DNA of 63,897 bases from positions 41,256,103 through 41,319,999 of the forward strand of contig NC_068981.1 of the NCBI RefSeq assembly GCF_001194135.2. The letters run 5' to 3'. The notes under the pieces are model-generated. The model was not told the origin of the DNA and did no database searches. It was given only the letters and a program-made list of their open reading frames with translations. Both the position numbers and the translations under genes were made by a program. How positions within the stretch are numbered: the stretch's first letter is position 1; each line of letters begins with the position of its first letter. The DNA comes from Octopus bimaculoides (Eukaryota). Of this stretch, positions 49,593 to 61,639 are shown in pieces.

Positions 49593-49815
49593 CTTTGAAA
49601 GAAAGCACCACAGAGTACAACAAAGTGGAAGATCCTGGAGAAATGCAAACCTTACTTCAATAGTAGCAGGAAGTGCAGGTTACGCCTGGCTGAGAAGAGA
49701 GCAGACTGCTGAAATGAATTGTTAGGTCCACATACAACATCTCAAAGTACATCATTTTTTGCTTCTGATGAAGTTATGCTCATGTCACATAAATGCAAAT
49801 TTAATGTACAAATTT
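49530..49815 (+). mobile_element. Penelope-like element, GIY-YIG endonuclease C-terminal remnant
   Basis: TLAKHMWSLKESTTEYN/KWKILEKCKPYFNSSRKCRLRLAEK resembles the PLE motif LSKHIW.LK..KWKIL..KPY..SK.C.LCL.EK. Confidence 0.7.
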
Positions 49816-50020
49816 GTAATTAAATTATTGAGTATTAATTGAAACGGCTGTAAGAAGCAGAGATGACCAATTTGTTAATAATGAATAATTGTTAACTTCC
49901 TTATCTCCATTTTCTTTTCTTCTTTTAACTACATATCATCACCATCGTTGTTGTTTAATATCCGCTGGCATGGGTTGGATGGTTTGACTGAGAACTGGCA
50001 AACCAGGAGGCTGCACCAAT

Positions 50021-50316
50021 ACTGTTGTGGAAATTAGCTGCCTAGTGGATGTTAGCATAAAGCTGAAGATCAGTGAAAAAGATAATACCTATGCTGAATT
50101 ATTGAGAAATCTGCAGTTTCTCTATCCAGCTTACAGGTTTAGGTTTATACCTGTAATTACTGGACTCTGGGATATGTAACACACTGCCTAAATATCAATC
50201 TTGAGAAATTAGGCATCTCAAAATCAGAAAGGAGAAAGCTAATTCAAAGACTACAGATCCAATCCATCACTGGAACTGTAAAAATCTATAAAATTTTCCA
50301 GAAGTTTATCATTTAG
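50021..50316 (+). mobile_element. RLE-type non-LTR retrotransposon C-terminal remnant
   Basis: VVEISCLVDVSIKLKISEKDNTYAELLRNLQFLYP..FIPVITG/LGYV..LEKLG...IQSITGTVKI..FQKFII*, with one frameshift; R4-like restriction-like endonuclease end. Confidence 0.72.
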
Positions 50317-50480
50317 ATATATATGAGCATGTCTATATATGCAACTATATACATAAGAATACATACATAAAACAAAACATACAAATGTGCACATATACAT
50401 ACATACATACATGCATGTATGTATGTATGTATGTATGTACGTATGTATGTATGTATATTTCAGTTTCAACTTTTCAATCA

Positions 50481-50587
50481 ATGGAGAATATACAAGATAG
50501 AATTCCTGAAATGGTTGCTAAAGTTTCCTCTGAACTTGACAGATGTATAGCATTTTGGTTAAAGCATTCACATGACGAAAATAATGG
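50481..50587 (+). CDS. RENBP: RENBP first coding exon: [35 protein letters not shown](G)
   Basis: ATG at 50481, 17 nt after an acceptor (tattttcag ending 50463); donor gtaagt at 50588. Confidence 0.92.
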
Positions 50588-52548
50588 GTAAGTTTTGACT
50601 TTTGATATCTCACATATCAAATTTTAAAATATTTATGTTTCCTGATACTCCTGAATTTTGTACTTATTTAATCTTTAGTCAGCCCTGATTGAGCAGATGT
50701 ATGTTAAAAGATATCCCAGTCATGACCATCCCATCTTCTTTTTTCAGGAATATTTTAGCTTGGACAACAGCCTTATTTAATATGTCCTTTCATTTTTAAG
50801 ATAGTTAAAATGATTTGAAGGATATTTGGCTGCAATTTCTTTCATATCTTGTAATGATGGTTAGGCTCTTTTGTTGGCTCAAAGTACTCCTGCTTATTTA
50901 TGAAGATGTACTTTTAGTCTCAGTTCCTACTACTCACACTAGAACATTGAGTACTAAAATTCTTTCTGTTACCATCAACTTATGACTGTTACAAACAACC
51001 ATGATCATCACAGCTTATTGTTTACTTGCCATTATCATAGAAGCTACAAGTGTCACAAATACTATATTATTAGTCCCCACCACCACCACCACCACCACCA
51101 CCACCACCACCACCACCACCACAATATTTAACTGTCAAAGCCATTCACTTACGATGCTAAAATAGCGTCAGAAAGAGTTGCAAGTAACTAAAGTGAATTT
51201 CTGTAGGCTAGCATAATTTGTAGAGCTAGATGCCTTTTTTCCTGCTAATCAATCAGTGGATATCTGATTCTTATCAACCAACCAAAGTGGAATAAACAGA
51301 TTTATGTGCTTTGCAAATGGTAGAACCCTTTAACATTCAGACCATTCTGTTAAATGTAATTGCTTATTTATTCACACTGTTTTGAATAAATCATGCATTA
51401 TATTGTAACTATGAGATTTTGATGAAGCAATTGTTTATTTTAAGAAAGACATTATCAGGTAGGTGTGAGAGGCCAGATCTAATCAGTTTGAACATATAGC
51501 AGGTAAAATATTTGGGCCAGATATAACTAGTTTAAATGCTAAAGGATGAACCTCAAAATCTTGCTGCAATATCTGAACCAATTACCATATTGTTATTAGT
51601 CCAGCACCCTATTTTCATAAGCATTTTGCTTTGATGATCTCTCACTCTTACTAGTTTCAGCCATTTGCTTGAAGACATGTTAAGGTATGAAGCCATTGAT
51701 TTGGATAGAAGAAACTAATTTTTTTTTTATAATTCTGACTGTTTTCTTCAAGGGTATTAATCAGATGATGTATAGTATTCCAACTGATGCAACATAGATT
51801 TTAAAAATTAGTTATAGACTTGCTCTACCAAGAACTTGCCATTACGATATACTGAAAATTTATGGTGTTTTCTTCAACTTTGCAGAGGATTCTTTACATG
51901 CTTAGGAAGAGATGGTTCAATCTATGATACAATAAAATATGGATGGCTACAAGGAAGACAGGTAAAATCTTTCTTACCCATAACTGGTCTGAGCAACCAT
52001 ACAGAAGCTCTTTGTCAGTTTGTGTAATTTACTTATTATTTTATGATGTGGAACTTTGAAATCCATATTTTTGTTAGACATTTGCATTGTTTATATTGGA
52101 TCATTCATTTAAATAATTCTTTTGAATTTTCCTTTTAGGTCTGGACTTATGCAAAGCTTTACAATGAATTTGAACGATTTCATCGTGAAGACATATATAA
52201 TGCAGCAATCAAAGGTAAACCAATTTCATACCTATGATATAATGAAATAATCAACAAATGTACGGAACACTGCATGTAGCTAATCCTTTGTATGTATTAC
52301 ATTTTTCATATGTATCATACATTTTGTTATAGGTGTCCAATAAACCATCAATGGTTCACTGTATTTCTGATAGTGAGTGTTTGTATATTGCAGATGGAAT
52401 AAATACCACAAAGTATTTTTGTTTGACACCTTTTTTTTTTCTCAGTAATTTTTTTGCCAATGTTTATATCCTCCTCTGATATGCACACACACACACACAT
52501 ACACACACACATGCATGCATGTACGCACGCATCCATGCATGCACACTT

Positions 52549-52585
<37 letters not shown>

Positions 52586-53663
52586 GAAAACAGTCTCCAC
52601 ACAGTTTCCATTTTCCAGATTTTATTCATGAAGATATGGAAAAAGACATTTACTCAAGGCCCTCACACAGTGAAAATGAACCCAAGAATACAAAGTTGGG
52701 TAACTAAGAAGAGGCCTTTTAATTATACAACCATGATTGTACATAAGTAGAGGGAAAATGCCTCAACTGGGAATATTCAAGTTGGTAAGAATATACGATC
52801 AGGCACAGGTATAGCTGCGTTACTCAGGCATGGCTGAATAGGTGCAGACATGGCTGTGCAGTTGAGAAGCTTGTGGTCTCAAGTTCACTCAGTCATAGTG
52901 CATGGAAATTTAGACAAGTGTCTTCTACAATAGCCTCAGGCCAACCTAAGCCTTGCGAGAAAATTTGGTAAATCAAAAAGCAGAAGCCTGTTATATATAA
53001 GTGAACATTGAATGATGGTGATGATGATGATGACAACAGTAATGATGATAATGGAGATGACGATGATGATGACAATGACATTGATGATGATGATGATGAA
53101 GAAGAAGAAGAACAACAACAACAATGATGATGATGATGACGACCAAGTTATGAGGATTTCAATCCTTCTTACATCCTCCAAAGGCCTAATTCGTTTATCA
53201 AGAGGAAAGGTAATTTGTCAATGCCTTTCACAGTAATAGAGTTAAATATTATATATGGAAACTCTAAGACAAATAGGTTTGTCTCATAGAATCAAAGGAT
53301 GGTCTCAAACTGGTTGGAACCAAAAATTTGTTAATAAATTTAATACTGTTTCACTTAGAAAATATTTAATAGGTTTGATAAAACAAAAAAATAAAAGAAC
53401 AGTTTAGATAAAAAGGAAAAGAATCAAAGATTTATAGGTGAGTGTGACAGTTCGACAAATTATAGGACAATAGACTTATCAAAGAAAATACTTCAAACTA
53501 TCTTTAGCAGATAATTTGTGAGTACTCTATCTCATGTGTGCGTACACACACACACACACACACGGACACATGCACGTACACGTGCACACATACACACATG
53601 TGCACACATGTGCACACACACATGCACAAACACACACACGTGCACACACACATATGCACAAAA

Positions 53664-53694
<31 letters not shown>

Positions 53695-56600
53695 TACATA
53701 TACACCACAAGTTAATGACGGAGTCTCTATATGGTCGCCTGAACTGCTGGAAACAGCAGCCAAATCTTCAAATCACAACTTAGTGTCTTAAAAATAGGAA
53801 GTACACATTGGATAATGTAAACCATGGTATAATATAACTAGAAAAAAACCTCAAAACCAACGGGATGGCACTGTAGGAATGTTTCTGAAGCAACAACAAC
53901 ACCACACAATCTTACACCCACATTTATAATAGTTAGGTATTTTTTTTATTCATTTTTGCTTTTCACTCCCCTAAAATAAAATAAAAATATAGCAGTAATG
54001 AGATGTGTTCACACGATCAATAACCACAAAACTCTATCACCAACACTTTTCATACGAACTCATTTGTTTTGCTTTCTGAGTGATGTTATTGTTGTTGTTT
54101 GTTCCTTCTTGAGCCATGCCTGGCACATAAGGGCTGGTTTCCCAGTTTCATTGACGTATAGGGTCCCCACCTGGATGGAACATTTGTTAAATACTGCATA
54201 TTGTACGACTTGGAGAAAGGGTTGCACATTGTAAGGTTAAAAGAAACGGGCATACATTAGAGAATTAAAAGTAGGGTGTACATTATAAGACTGACCTAGA
54301 GCATTGAATATCTTACTGGCCCTGGATTGTGGTGTTCCTAGTGGTAATGTTAGTATTAACAGTATTGTCTCTGGGATTTCTAACATTTGCCGTTGTACCA
54401 CTCATAGGAAGCAAGTAAGAGGTAATGGTAACAATTGTTGTTTCTAATCAAATGTTTTCTCCTTCTCTTTAGGAGCAGAATTTATACGGAAGCATATCAA
54501 GGACCCAGATACAAAAAGATGTGCCTTCTCAATGACAGCAGAGGGTAAACATATTAAAATTCAGAGAAATATCTTTAGTGAATGTTTCTATGTACTAGGG
54601 ATGTCTGAAGTGTACCGAGCCAGTAAGATTGAAACATATAAGGTAAATAATTCAGTTAATACAATTTTGGAACTCTTGTTGTCAAGCTCGCTCATTTGCT
54701 AAAATTTTTCTTGTCTCATCTATCATTATTACAACATGGTTGCCTAACTGCTGTCAAATTTTCCTCAAAGGAGTCATTTTGCTGTCTCCTGTATGTTCAG
54801 GACATGTGGAAACAGAGTTTCAATTGACAGCTGATATGCACAATCAGCAAATAATATTTACTGGTTTCTTATGAGAAAGCTAAGCCTTCTAGGCAGTTTA
54901 GAGTTGCCTCACTTGGTATCTGGTACTGAAGAGAGTAAAGAAGCTCAAAAGAAGCTCATAGGGAATGGTCTAAACTGACTGGTGTTTTTAACCCCTTTTA
55001 CCTAAAGGGAGAATTTTTATCCATTGCAAACTGCAGCGAAAATTCCTCTTTACAGATCATATATGTCCCAGATATACTTGAACTAATCTAAAGTTTGTTT
55101 ATTTACCACACTGCTTCATGCACCACCTATATATTTTGTTCTGGTTTGGCAGTTAACATGTGTTTAATCGGTTCTAAGGAAGATTCAGTTTTGACATTTT
55201 TAACTACCAAACATTTTGTCATTATCAACATTTTCACACAATGCTTTCTACAAAATCACTGTCTCTCAATTTTTAACAACCCTACTACATTGAGTAGTGC
55301 TTGTTTTTACATGGCTACTTGACCAGCAAAAAGAAATAGTGGATAAATTTTCCTCAGTTCACATGCCACTTTCATAAACAAGGAAACGACACATTAGATA
55401 ATATAGTTCTACATATTCTTAAAAAAGCTGAATGGTCATATGATTAGAGCAATGATCAAAGAAAAACATTTGATCATATGTCTCTGACCTGGGGTTAAAT
55501 AACAACAACAACAACAGTAACAACAACCTATTTACATCTGATTCAATAAAAACTGAGTTTCTTGCTTATATACATTGCACATAACCTTGACAAAATGCAC
55601 AACAGTTACCAGTTGACTGTTAGTTCAACACCTTATTTGTTCTACTGAATTTCTACTCATAGCTACACACTAACCCAAACCAGTTTTATATTTGGATCCT
55701 GCCAAAACTTATCAAAATAAAATCCTTTTAGATTATTGTATGTATCTCATTTCCCATATATTTTAATTAACTTATATGTAAAACAAATACTTCTTTCTTT
55801 TAGAATGAAGCTTTGGAAATGATGGTGAAAATTCTCTATTGGACCTATGAAGATTCTACAGACCTGGGTTGTTCTCTTCTTAAAAGTAGTGGCGAAGTTA
55901 AGACACTTGCCGTGCCAATGATGCTTCTCTGTTTGGCTGATCAGTTAATCACTGTTGATTTGGATTCAGATGGCACTTATAGTAAACTTTCTGAGCGCTG
56001 CTCTCTTGAAATTCTGAAACATATTCAGGTAAAAATATTTATTTGTTTTAAAAACAAATAATAAAAATTTAGAACATTTGATATTGTTTGGAATGATTAT
56101 TTTTCTTTGTTTAGCAATTCTACATCCGTTTTTTCATGTTAGCATAGTTTGCTTCCTCAGATCTTGATGTAAACGTGAGCGTATATTTTGTATAAAGTGG
56201 CTCATTGGTCTAGAAGTATGATTCTCGCTTGGGGGGATCACCTAAACTACTCAATTGTGAAATGAGAGTTATTCATATAATTTCCATCATAACTAACATA
56301 TAATTTCCATCATAACTAACATATAATTTCCATCATAACTAACATATAATTTCCATCATAACTAACATATAATTTCCATCATAACTAACATATAATTTCC
56401 ATCATAACTACTTCTCAAAGGACAATATGTTATTCCAGATTGTACATATAGACCTCAATTCCAATGGACCACTATGCTGTAGAACTTCTCTTGAGAATTC
56501 AACACTAGTGGCTTCATGATAAATCCCATTCAAGTCTGCAAACATACAGAATAGTATTACAATGTAATTTAAAAGCAGCTGCTTCTGCTAGGTCAGATAT

Positions 56601-59600
56601 AACTGATGGTGAAGGATAACTCTGGTGTATCTGCTATACTGAGTCCTAGTTCTCAGTTGAGTTGTCTGTAACAACTACTAATGAATGTTAAGTGAATTGA
56701 AACTATTATACACAGACAAAATCAGCTAAAGTAAACTCTGAAATTCACAATAATGAATTATATGGAAAAAATTATTTTTAACTAAGCTCCTAGGTCTTGA
56801 TTTTTCAAGAAGTGTAAGTTAAGTTATGTGACTTGGACCACACAAGTTATTTTATTGACCTAAAAAGAATGAAATTTGAAGTCAGTTTTGGCAAGAATTG
56901 AATTCAGAAATGTAAAGTATCAAGTTGGATATTGCTTAGAATCTAGTCTTACCATCTGTTGTGTCTGCAACTTCTCCATTATCAATATTTGAGCCATAAT
57001 TTATTGATTCATGAACTTCATTTACTCTCATCCCCTGACATCATTTTTCCATTTGCTCTTTGTTTTTAAAATGTTCTGATATGAATAATTTGAAAAGATT
57101 CTGAAAATTTAGCTAATTACTTAAATGGCCAAAAATGCCAATATATTATTTCTTATGTGATAGAAAAGATTTAAAGAGATTAATGCAGTTAAACGTATAA
57201 GGTAAGTCCATAGATTACAGCATACCTACCAACTTGGATTTTAATCCCATGTAAAATATGACATCAAAATGGTCCCATGCTGAAATGACATTAACAGGTT
57301 CAGTTATGAATTAACATAAATCATTTTTTTAAAAATGTTTTAATAGAGGCAAGGATTCGTTGTGCTGGAAAATATATCATTGGAAGGAGAAGAGTTACCT
57401 GGAAGTGCGGGCCGATTAATGAACCCTGGTAAGAAAAATATGTTCCTTAGTTATTGTAAAATGTTTTCCTTCTGTCTATGAATAGTTAGAAATTTTACTA
57501 TATATGTTACATGACTTCTATTGATTAAACATTATATTCTTGACAGCCCTTAATCTTAGTTGCTACATATAACAGAACAGATTATATAAAGGAAGTCTTT
57601 CTTACCATAATTTACTTGTTCTTCCAGTGGGTGTTTATGTCCAAATATTTTAAAAATAAAGCTGTGTGATAGAAAAGTTTCTTTAGGGAGGTGTGGCTGT
57701 TGCACTGAACTGTTCAAGTGATTGTGAAGAAGCTTTCTAAGCAACTTTATCTAGAATGTTCAATAACACAACTCAATGCTGTAGTCTTATGGTCAGTGAC
57801 AAATTTCTCCTCTGTCAATGATTAATACAAATTTATAAGTTGTTGAAGGACAAGATTCATGACCACTTATGTGTACAATGAAAGTATAATGTAAAGGATG
57901 TTATTTAATTACTTAAATTACAACTGATTATTATTACTTAATATGTCTTTTTTAAATACATATATATTTAATCTTTATTGCCTTTGGAATAGTTCAAACT
58001 GAAGACATATTTTCATTATATAATGATTGCATCATTCAACCACTGTAGTGGTTGAATATATTCTTAGTCAAGAGAACTTTGTGATCCTATTCTTAGGATA
58101 CATTTAAAAATATGTGCAAACTTTTTTTTTTGTTATAGTAGAGTTAAATATTATTGTTTTGCTCCAGATCAGTTATGATCCAACACACTTATAATCACAA
58201 ACATTCTAGCTATGATCATCGTATCTTTTCCTTAGGTATAGTGCTAACAGGACTACATTATCCAGTAACTCTCCTCTTTTCTTAAGGCATGATATAATTT
58301 AAAGGATATTTGGTAGCTATTTCTAGTAAGTTGGTAACTACTTCATTGAAGATCCCTTGTTAGCTGATGATTGTAGAACTTCTGCATTCTGTGGTAGTAA
58401 TTTCAATGAAATATCTAAGATGCAAAATACCACTGACTGTGTTTTACCACAAACTATAGCAGCACAAAGTAAAGTTCTATACCAGACAGTATTTGATAGT
58501 GCTACACAAAAAACATGGTATTTTAATCACCTAACATAACAAAGTGTAATTATAGTGCAATACATACATTACTCAGTATAATATATTAAACAAATAACTG
58601 CATTATTTAATATAATAGTAAACACACCATTCTCAATTATAGCTTAATGATATTCAAGATGATACAATTCATTCATCACTCAATCTTGTACAAAACAATA
58701 ACCATTTCCAGTGCTATACTACACATCTTAATTAAAAGATTAAAGTCTATCTCAATCCTACGGGTCCATTTGGTTGGAACTTATCCCAGTTTTTGTGACA
58801 TTTAAGTGACTGAGAGTACACGACTGCCCTGGTTGTTGCTGGTATTAATTTCCAGCTGAGTAAACTGAACCAATACAAAGTGAAGTGCCTTGCTCACAGA
58901 CACAAGTCAGTTGATCAGAGAATCAAGCCCATCAAATTGTTGCTTTATTTGATTACTTTATTACTTTCAGTATTTTATTCTTCATGATAATGCACCAGCT
59001 CACATGACTCAAATGTCAAACATTGCCATTTGTGAATGCAATTTTGAAAAGCTGTCTCACTCAATCTTTTCCTCCACAACTTGCCATCTGTGATTTTTCC
59101 TGGTTTTCAAATTTGAAGCACCATTTTAAGAGTATACTATTCTTCTGTGATGAAAAACTTCAGCTGACTACAGAAGAGTGGTTGATTGAGCAAGACAGAC
59201 AGTTATAAATGGTAAAAAGAAATTCTATCACAAAAAGCAAATTCAAGGAAATGACTTGAAGAATAAAAGTATTTGTTGAAAAATACAATAAAATTTAAAT
59301 GAAAGTATTGTTTACCTGTTGTCATACCATTAAGTGTGTTGGGAACACCCCTCATACAAATTACAAATAAAAACATGGTTTCTTCTGCTCACCAGTCTTG
59401 GAGATCCTAGAGTGGGTCATAGACACTATCCTTCCTCTTCTAAACCATGAAAATCAAAACGAAACAAGTTTTCAATAATGCTTTTCTCTTTTACTGGTTC
59501 AAATCAGTGGGTTATGGAATGTTATGCTCTTATTCACTAGTTTTCAAAAAATATATATAATTTTAATTTATTTATTTTGAATGATTAATTTCTCTTCAGG

Positions 59601-59907
59601 TCATACAATTGAAGCAGGATGGTTTCTCTTGAGATATGCAGTTCAAACAAGCAATAACTCACTCAAAGAAACGGCTTTAATGTCATTGATTGAACAACCA
59701 TTCCAAACAGGCTGGGACAAGGAAAATGGAGGTCTTTTCTACTTTTTAGACGCAAATGGCCTCTCACCTATGCAATTAGAATGGAACATGAAACTTTGGT
59801 GGCCTCTCTGTGAAAGCATGATAGCTTTCTTAATGGCTTATAAATATACAGAAAAAGATCACTATTTGCATACATTTGCAACAATCTTTGATTATGGAAT
59901 TACACAT
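50481..59907 (+). CDS. RENBP: N-acylglucosamine 2-epimerase (renin-binding protein), multi-exon gene, 3' end incomplete
   Basis: Exons: 50481-50587, 51886-51961, 52139-52214, 54473-54642, 55804-56028, 57347-57428, 59600-59907; GT-AG with matching phases. Motifs [76 protein letters not shown]. Confidence 0.96.
51886..51961 (+). CDS. RENBP: RENBP exon: [25 protein letters not shown]
   Basis: Acceptor tttgcag, donor gtaaaa; 76 nt; contains the conserved QGR Arg. Confidence 0.96.
52139..52214 (+). CDS. RENBP: RENBP exon: [25 protein letters not shown](G)
   Basis: Acceptor ccttttag, donor gtaaac; 76 nt. Confidence 0.94.
54473..54642 (+). CDS. RENBP: RENBP exon: [56 protein letters not shown]
   Basis: Acceptor ttctctttag, donor gtaaat; 170 nt. 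Confidence 0.95.
55804..56028 (+). CDS. RENBP: RENBP exon: [13 protein letters not shown]...[14 protein letters not shown]...EILKHIQ
   Basis: Acceptor ttcttttag, donor gtaaaa; 225 nt. Confidence 0.95.
56199..56234 (+). pseudogene. 5' half of a tRNA-Pro (fragment)
   Basis: GGCTCATTGGTCTAGAAGTATGATTCTCGCTT-GGG versus metazoan tRNA-Pro GGCTCGTTGGTCTAGGGGTATGATTCTCGCTT-NGG (29/32); no 3' half follows. Confidence 0.7.
56274..56410. repeat. Perfect 23-bp minisatellite, ~6 copies
   Basis: Unit catataatttccatcataactaa starts at 56274, 56297, 56320, 56343, 56366 and 56389. Confidence 0.97.
57347..57428 (+). CDS. RENBP: RENBP exon: [27 protein letters not shown](G)
   Basis: Acceptor ttttaatag, donor gtaaga; 82 nt. 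Confidence 0.95.
58975..59350 (+). mobile_element. Old mariner transposase C-terminal remnant with TIR-like end
   Basis: HDNAPAH, P.LAICDF.WF.NLK; ends ...tgttgggaacacccctcata. Confidence 0.65.
59600..59907 (+). CDS. RENBP: RENBP exon: (G)[10 protein letters not shown]...[14 protein letters not shown]...[22 protein letters not shown]...GITH
   Basis: Acceptor tctcttcag, donor gtgagt; 308 nt; catalytic His of PGH and the following Glu are present. Confidence 0.96.
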
Positions 59908-60451
59908 GTGAGTATTTTATTGCTTCAAACGAAGTCTAAAAATATATTATATATCTCCAGAAAATATGACAGAACAATGTAATAAGCTTCTGAAATAAGG
60001 TGAACTGCAATGTGTCTTTGATTTCTAGTTGAAACCAGTTCACAGACCTTACCTCATTAATACTTTGGAAAATGATTGAATGCCATAAGCTCTCTCTTTT
60101 ATATGTATATACAAAAACTTTATGCTTAATTAAAAGAAAGTTCCATATATTTGGCAAGTAACATAAATATAAAGGTAAATTGACTTGAAGAGTAACCTTG
60201 AAACTCCTTTGAAACCATTTTATTTCAGTACTTGCAAAAGGCATGAATGTCAAACAGTCCCATCTTCATTCACGGAAATAATATCTTGCCTTTTGCCTGT
60301 TCAAAACAAATCTTTATATTTTTGTTTCTTTCCATGAAACTATTGATTTTTCCAAGACACCAAGGCATTAGTACTCTATAGAGATAGCCTTGTGCATATC
60401 AAGTACCTGTCATTGTATAAAAATGAGAAATCATGGTTTCTGGAATTAACA

Positions 60452-61047
60452 CAGGTAAATGACATAATCATTTGCAAGTGAATGACTTAATCATTTGTAG
60501 GTTGTTGTGTGGAAGTAGAACAACCCTATTGTGTAAAACCTAGAGTTGCGTATTGTCGAGGTTATTACCAGTGTTATTACCAGTGTCTAGAGTAGAACGA
60601 TTTGTGAGGACATTATTATTATCCTGTTATATCGTACGTTGAACGTGCGGTAGGTAAATGACATAATCACTTGTAGGTAAATGACATAATAATTTTCCAG
60701 TAAACAACATAATCACTCATACGTAAATGATATAATCATTTGCAGGTAAATGACATAATCATTTGTAGGTTGTTGTGTGAAAGTAGAACACCCCTATTGT
60801 GTAAAACCTAGAGTTGCGTATTGCCGAGGGTTATTACCAGTATCTAAAGTAGAACGATTTGCGAAGACATTATTATTATCCTGTTATATCATATGTTGCA
60901 CGTGCGATACAATATAGGTAAATAATGTAATCATTTGTAGGTAAATGACATAATCACTCATAGGTAAATGACATAATCATTTGCAGGTAAATGACATAAT
61001 CATAGGTAAAGGACATAATCATTTGCCGGTAAATGACCTAATCACCT
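60452..61047. repeat. 23-bp minisatellite (~13 units) interrupted by two copies of a ~145-bp insert
   Basis: Consensus (c/t)aggtaaatgacataatcatttg; inserts at 60503-60650 and 60771-60914. Confidence 0.92.
60771..60914. mobile_element. Probable solo LTR (second, truncated copy at 60503-60650)
   Basis: Starts TGTTGTG and ends TACAATA (TG...CA-like inverted ends), flanked by a 5-bp direct repeat TAGGT at 60766-60770 and 60915-60919. Confidence 0.55.
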
Positions 61048-61639
61048 CTAATAAGCCAGACAGCCAACTGGAAACTGAATAATCAGTCATGCATATGAAG
61101 ACCAACATATGAATACAAGCAATTATATGAACAAAATGTTAGCACTAAAAAAAATGTTTAAGTTTTTGTAGTTACATGTTTAAAAGAACAGCTGCTTCTA
61201 ACTTACATACACACATGCATATGTGTACACACATATGCAGGTGCATGCATGACTGTGTGATTACAGAGTTTGCTTCACCACCATATAGTTTCAGGTTTCA
61301 TCATTCTGTATGATATCTATATAATAAATGGCTTCTACCATAGATCTGAGCCACAAACACACACACACACACGTGAGTTGCATAGCCTAGTGGTTAGGAT
61401 GTTGCACTCATGATTACAAGATCATGAGTTCAATTCCTGGACAAGGTGGTGCATTGTGTTCTTGAGCAGAACACTTCATCTCAAGTTGTTCTGTGATCAC
61501 TTTGACATCTGACACATAGCACACCATGCACCTGTATAGTTAATGTTGATTTGATGCTAATAGAAGTGAGCTTATGTGCAGCTAAACATTTGATCACTAT
61601 AAACAAATCATCCATGCTGATTGTAGAGCTCAACTAGGG

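Noticed and set aside
49765-49800. CTGATGA...stem...GCAAA hammerhead candidate after the Penelope remnant
   Set aside because: No GAAA box or stem III; the sequence reads better as the coding end of the Penelope ORF (EVMLMSHKCKF, similar to E..S.CRHK.KF).
56274-56410. 23-bp direct repeats as a CRISPR array
   Set aside because: No spacers; it is a pure tandem repeat.
60452-61047. CRISPR-like repeat/spacer appearance
   Set aside because: Units are directly adjacent and degenerate, the two long spacers are copies of each other, the context is a eukaryotic intron, and there are no cas genes.
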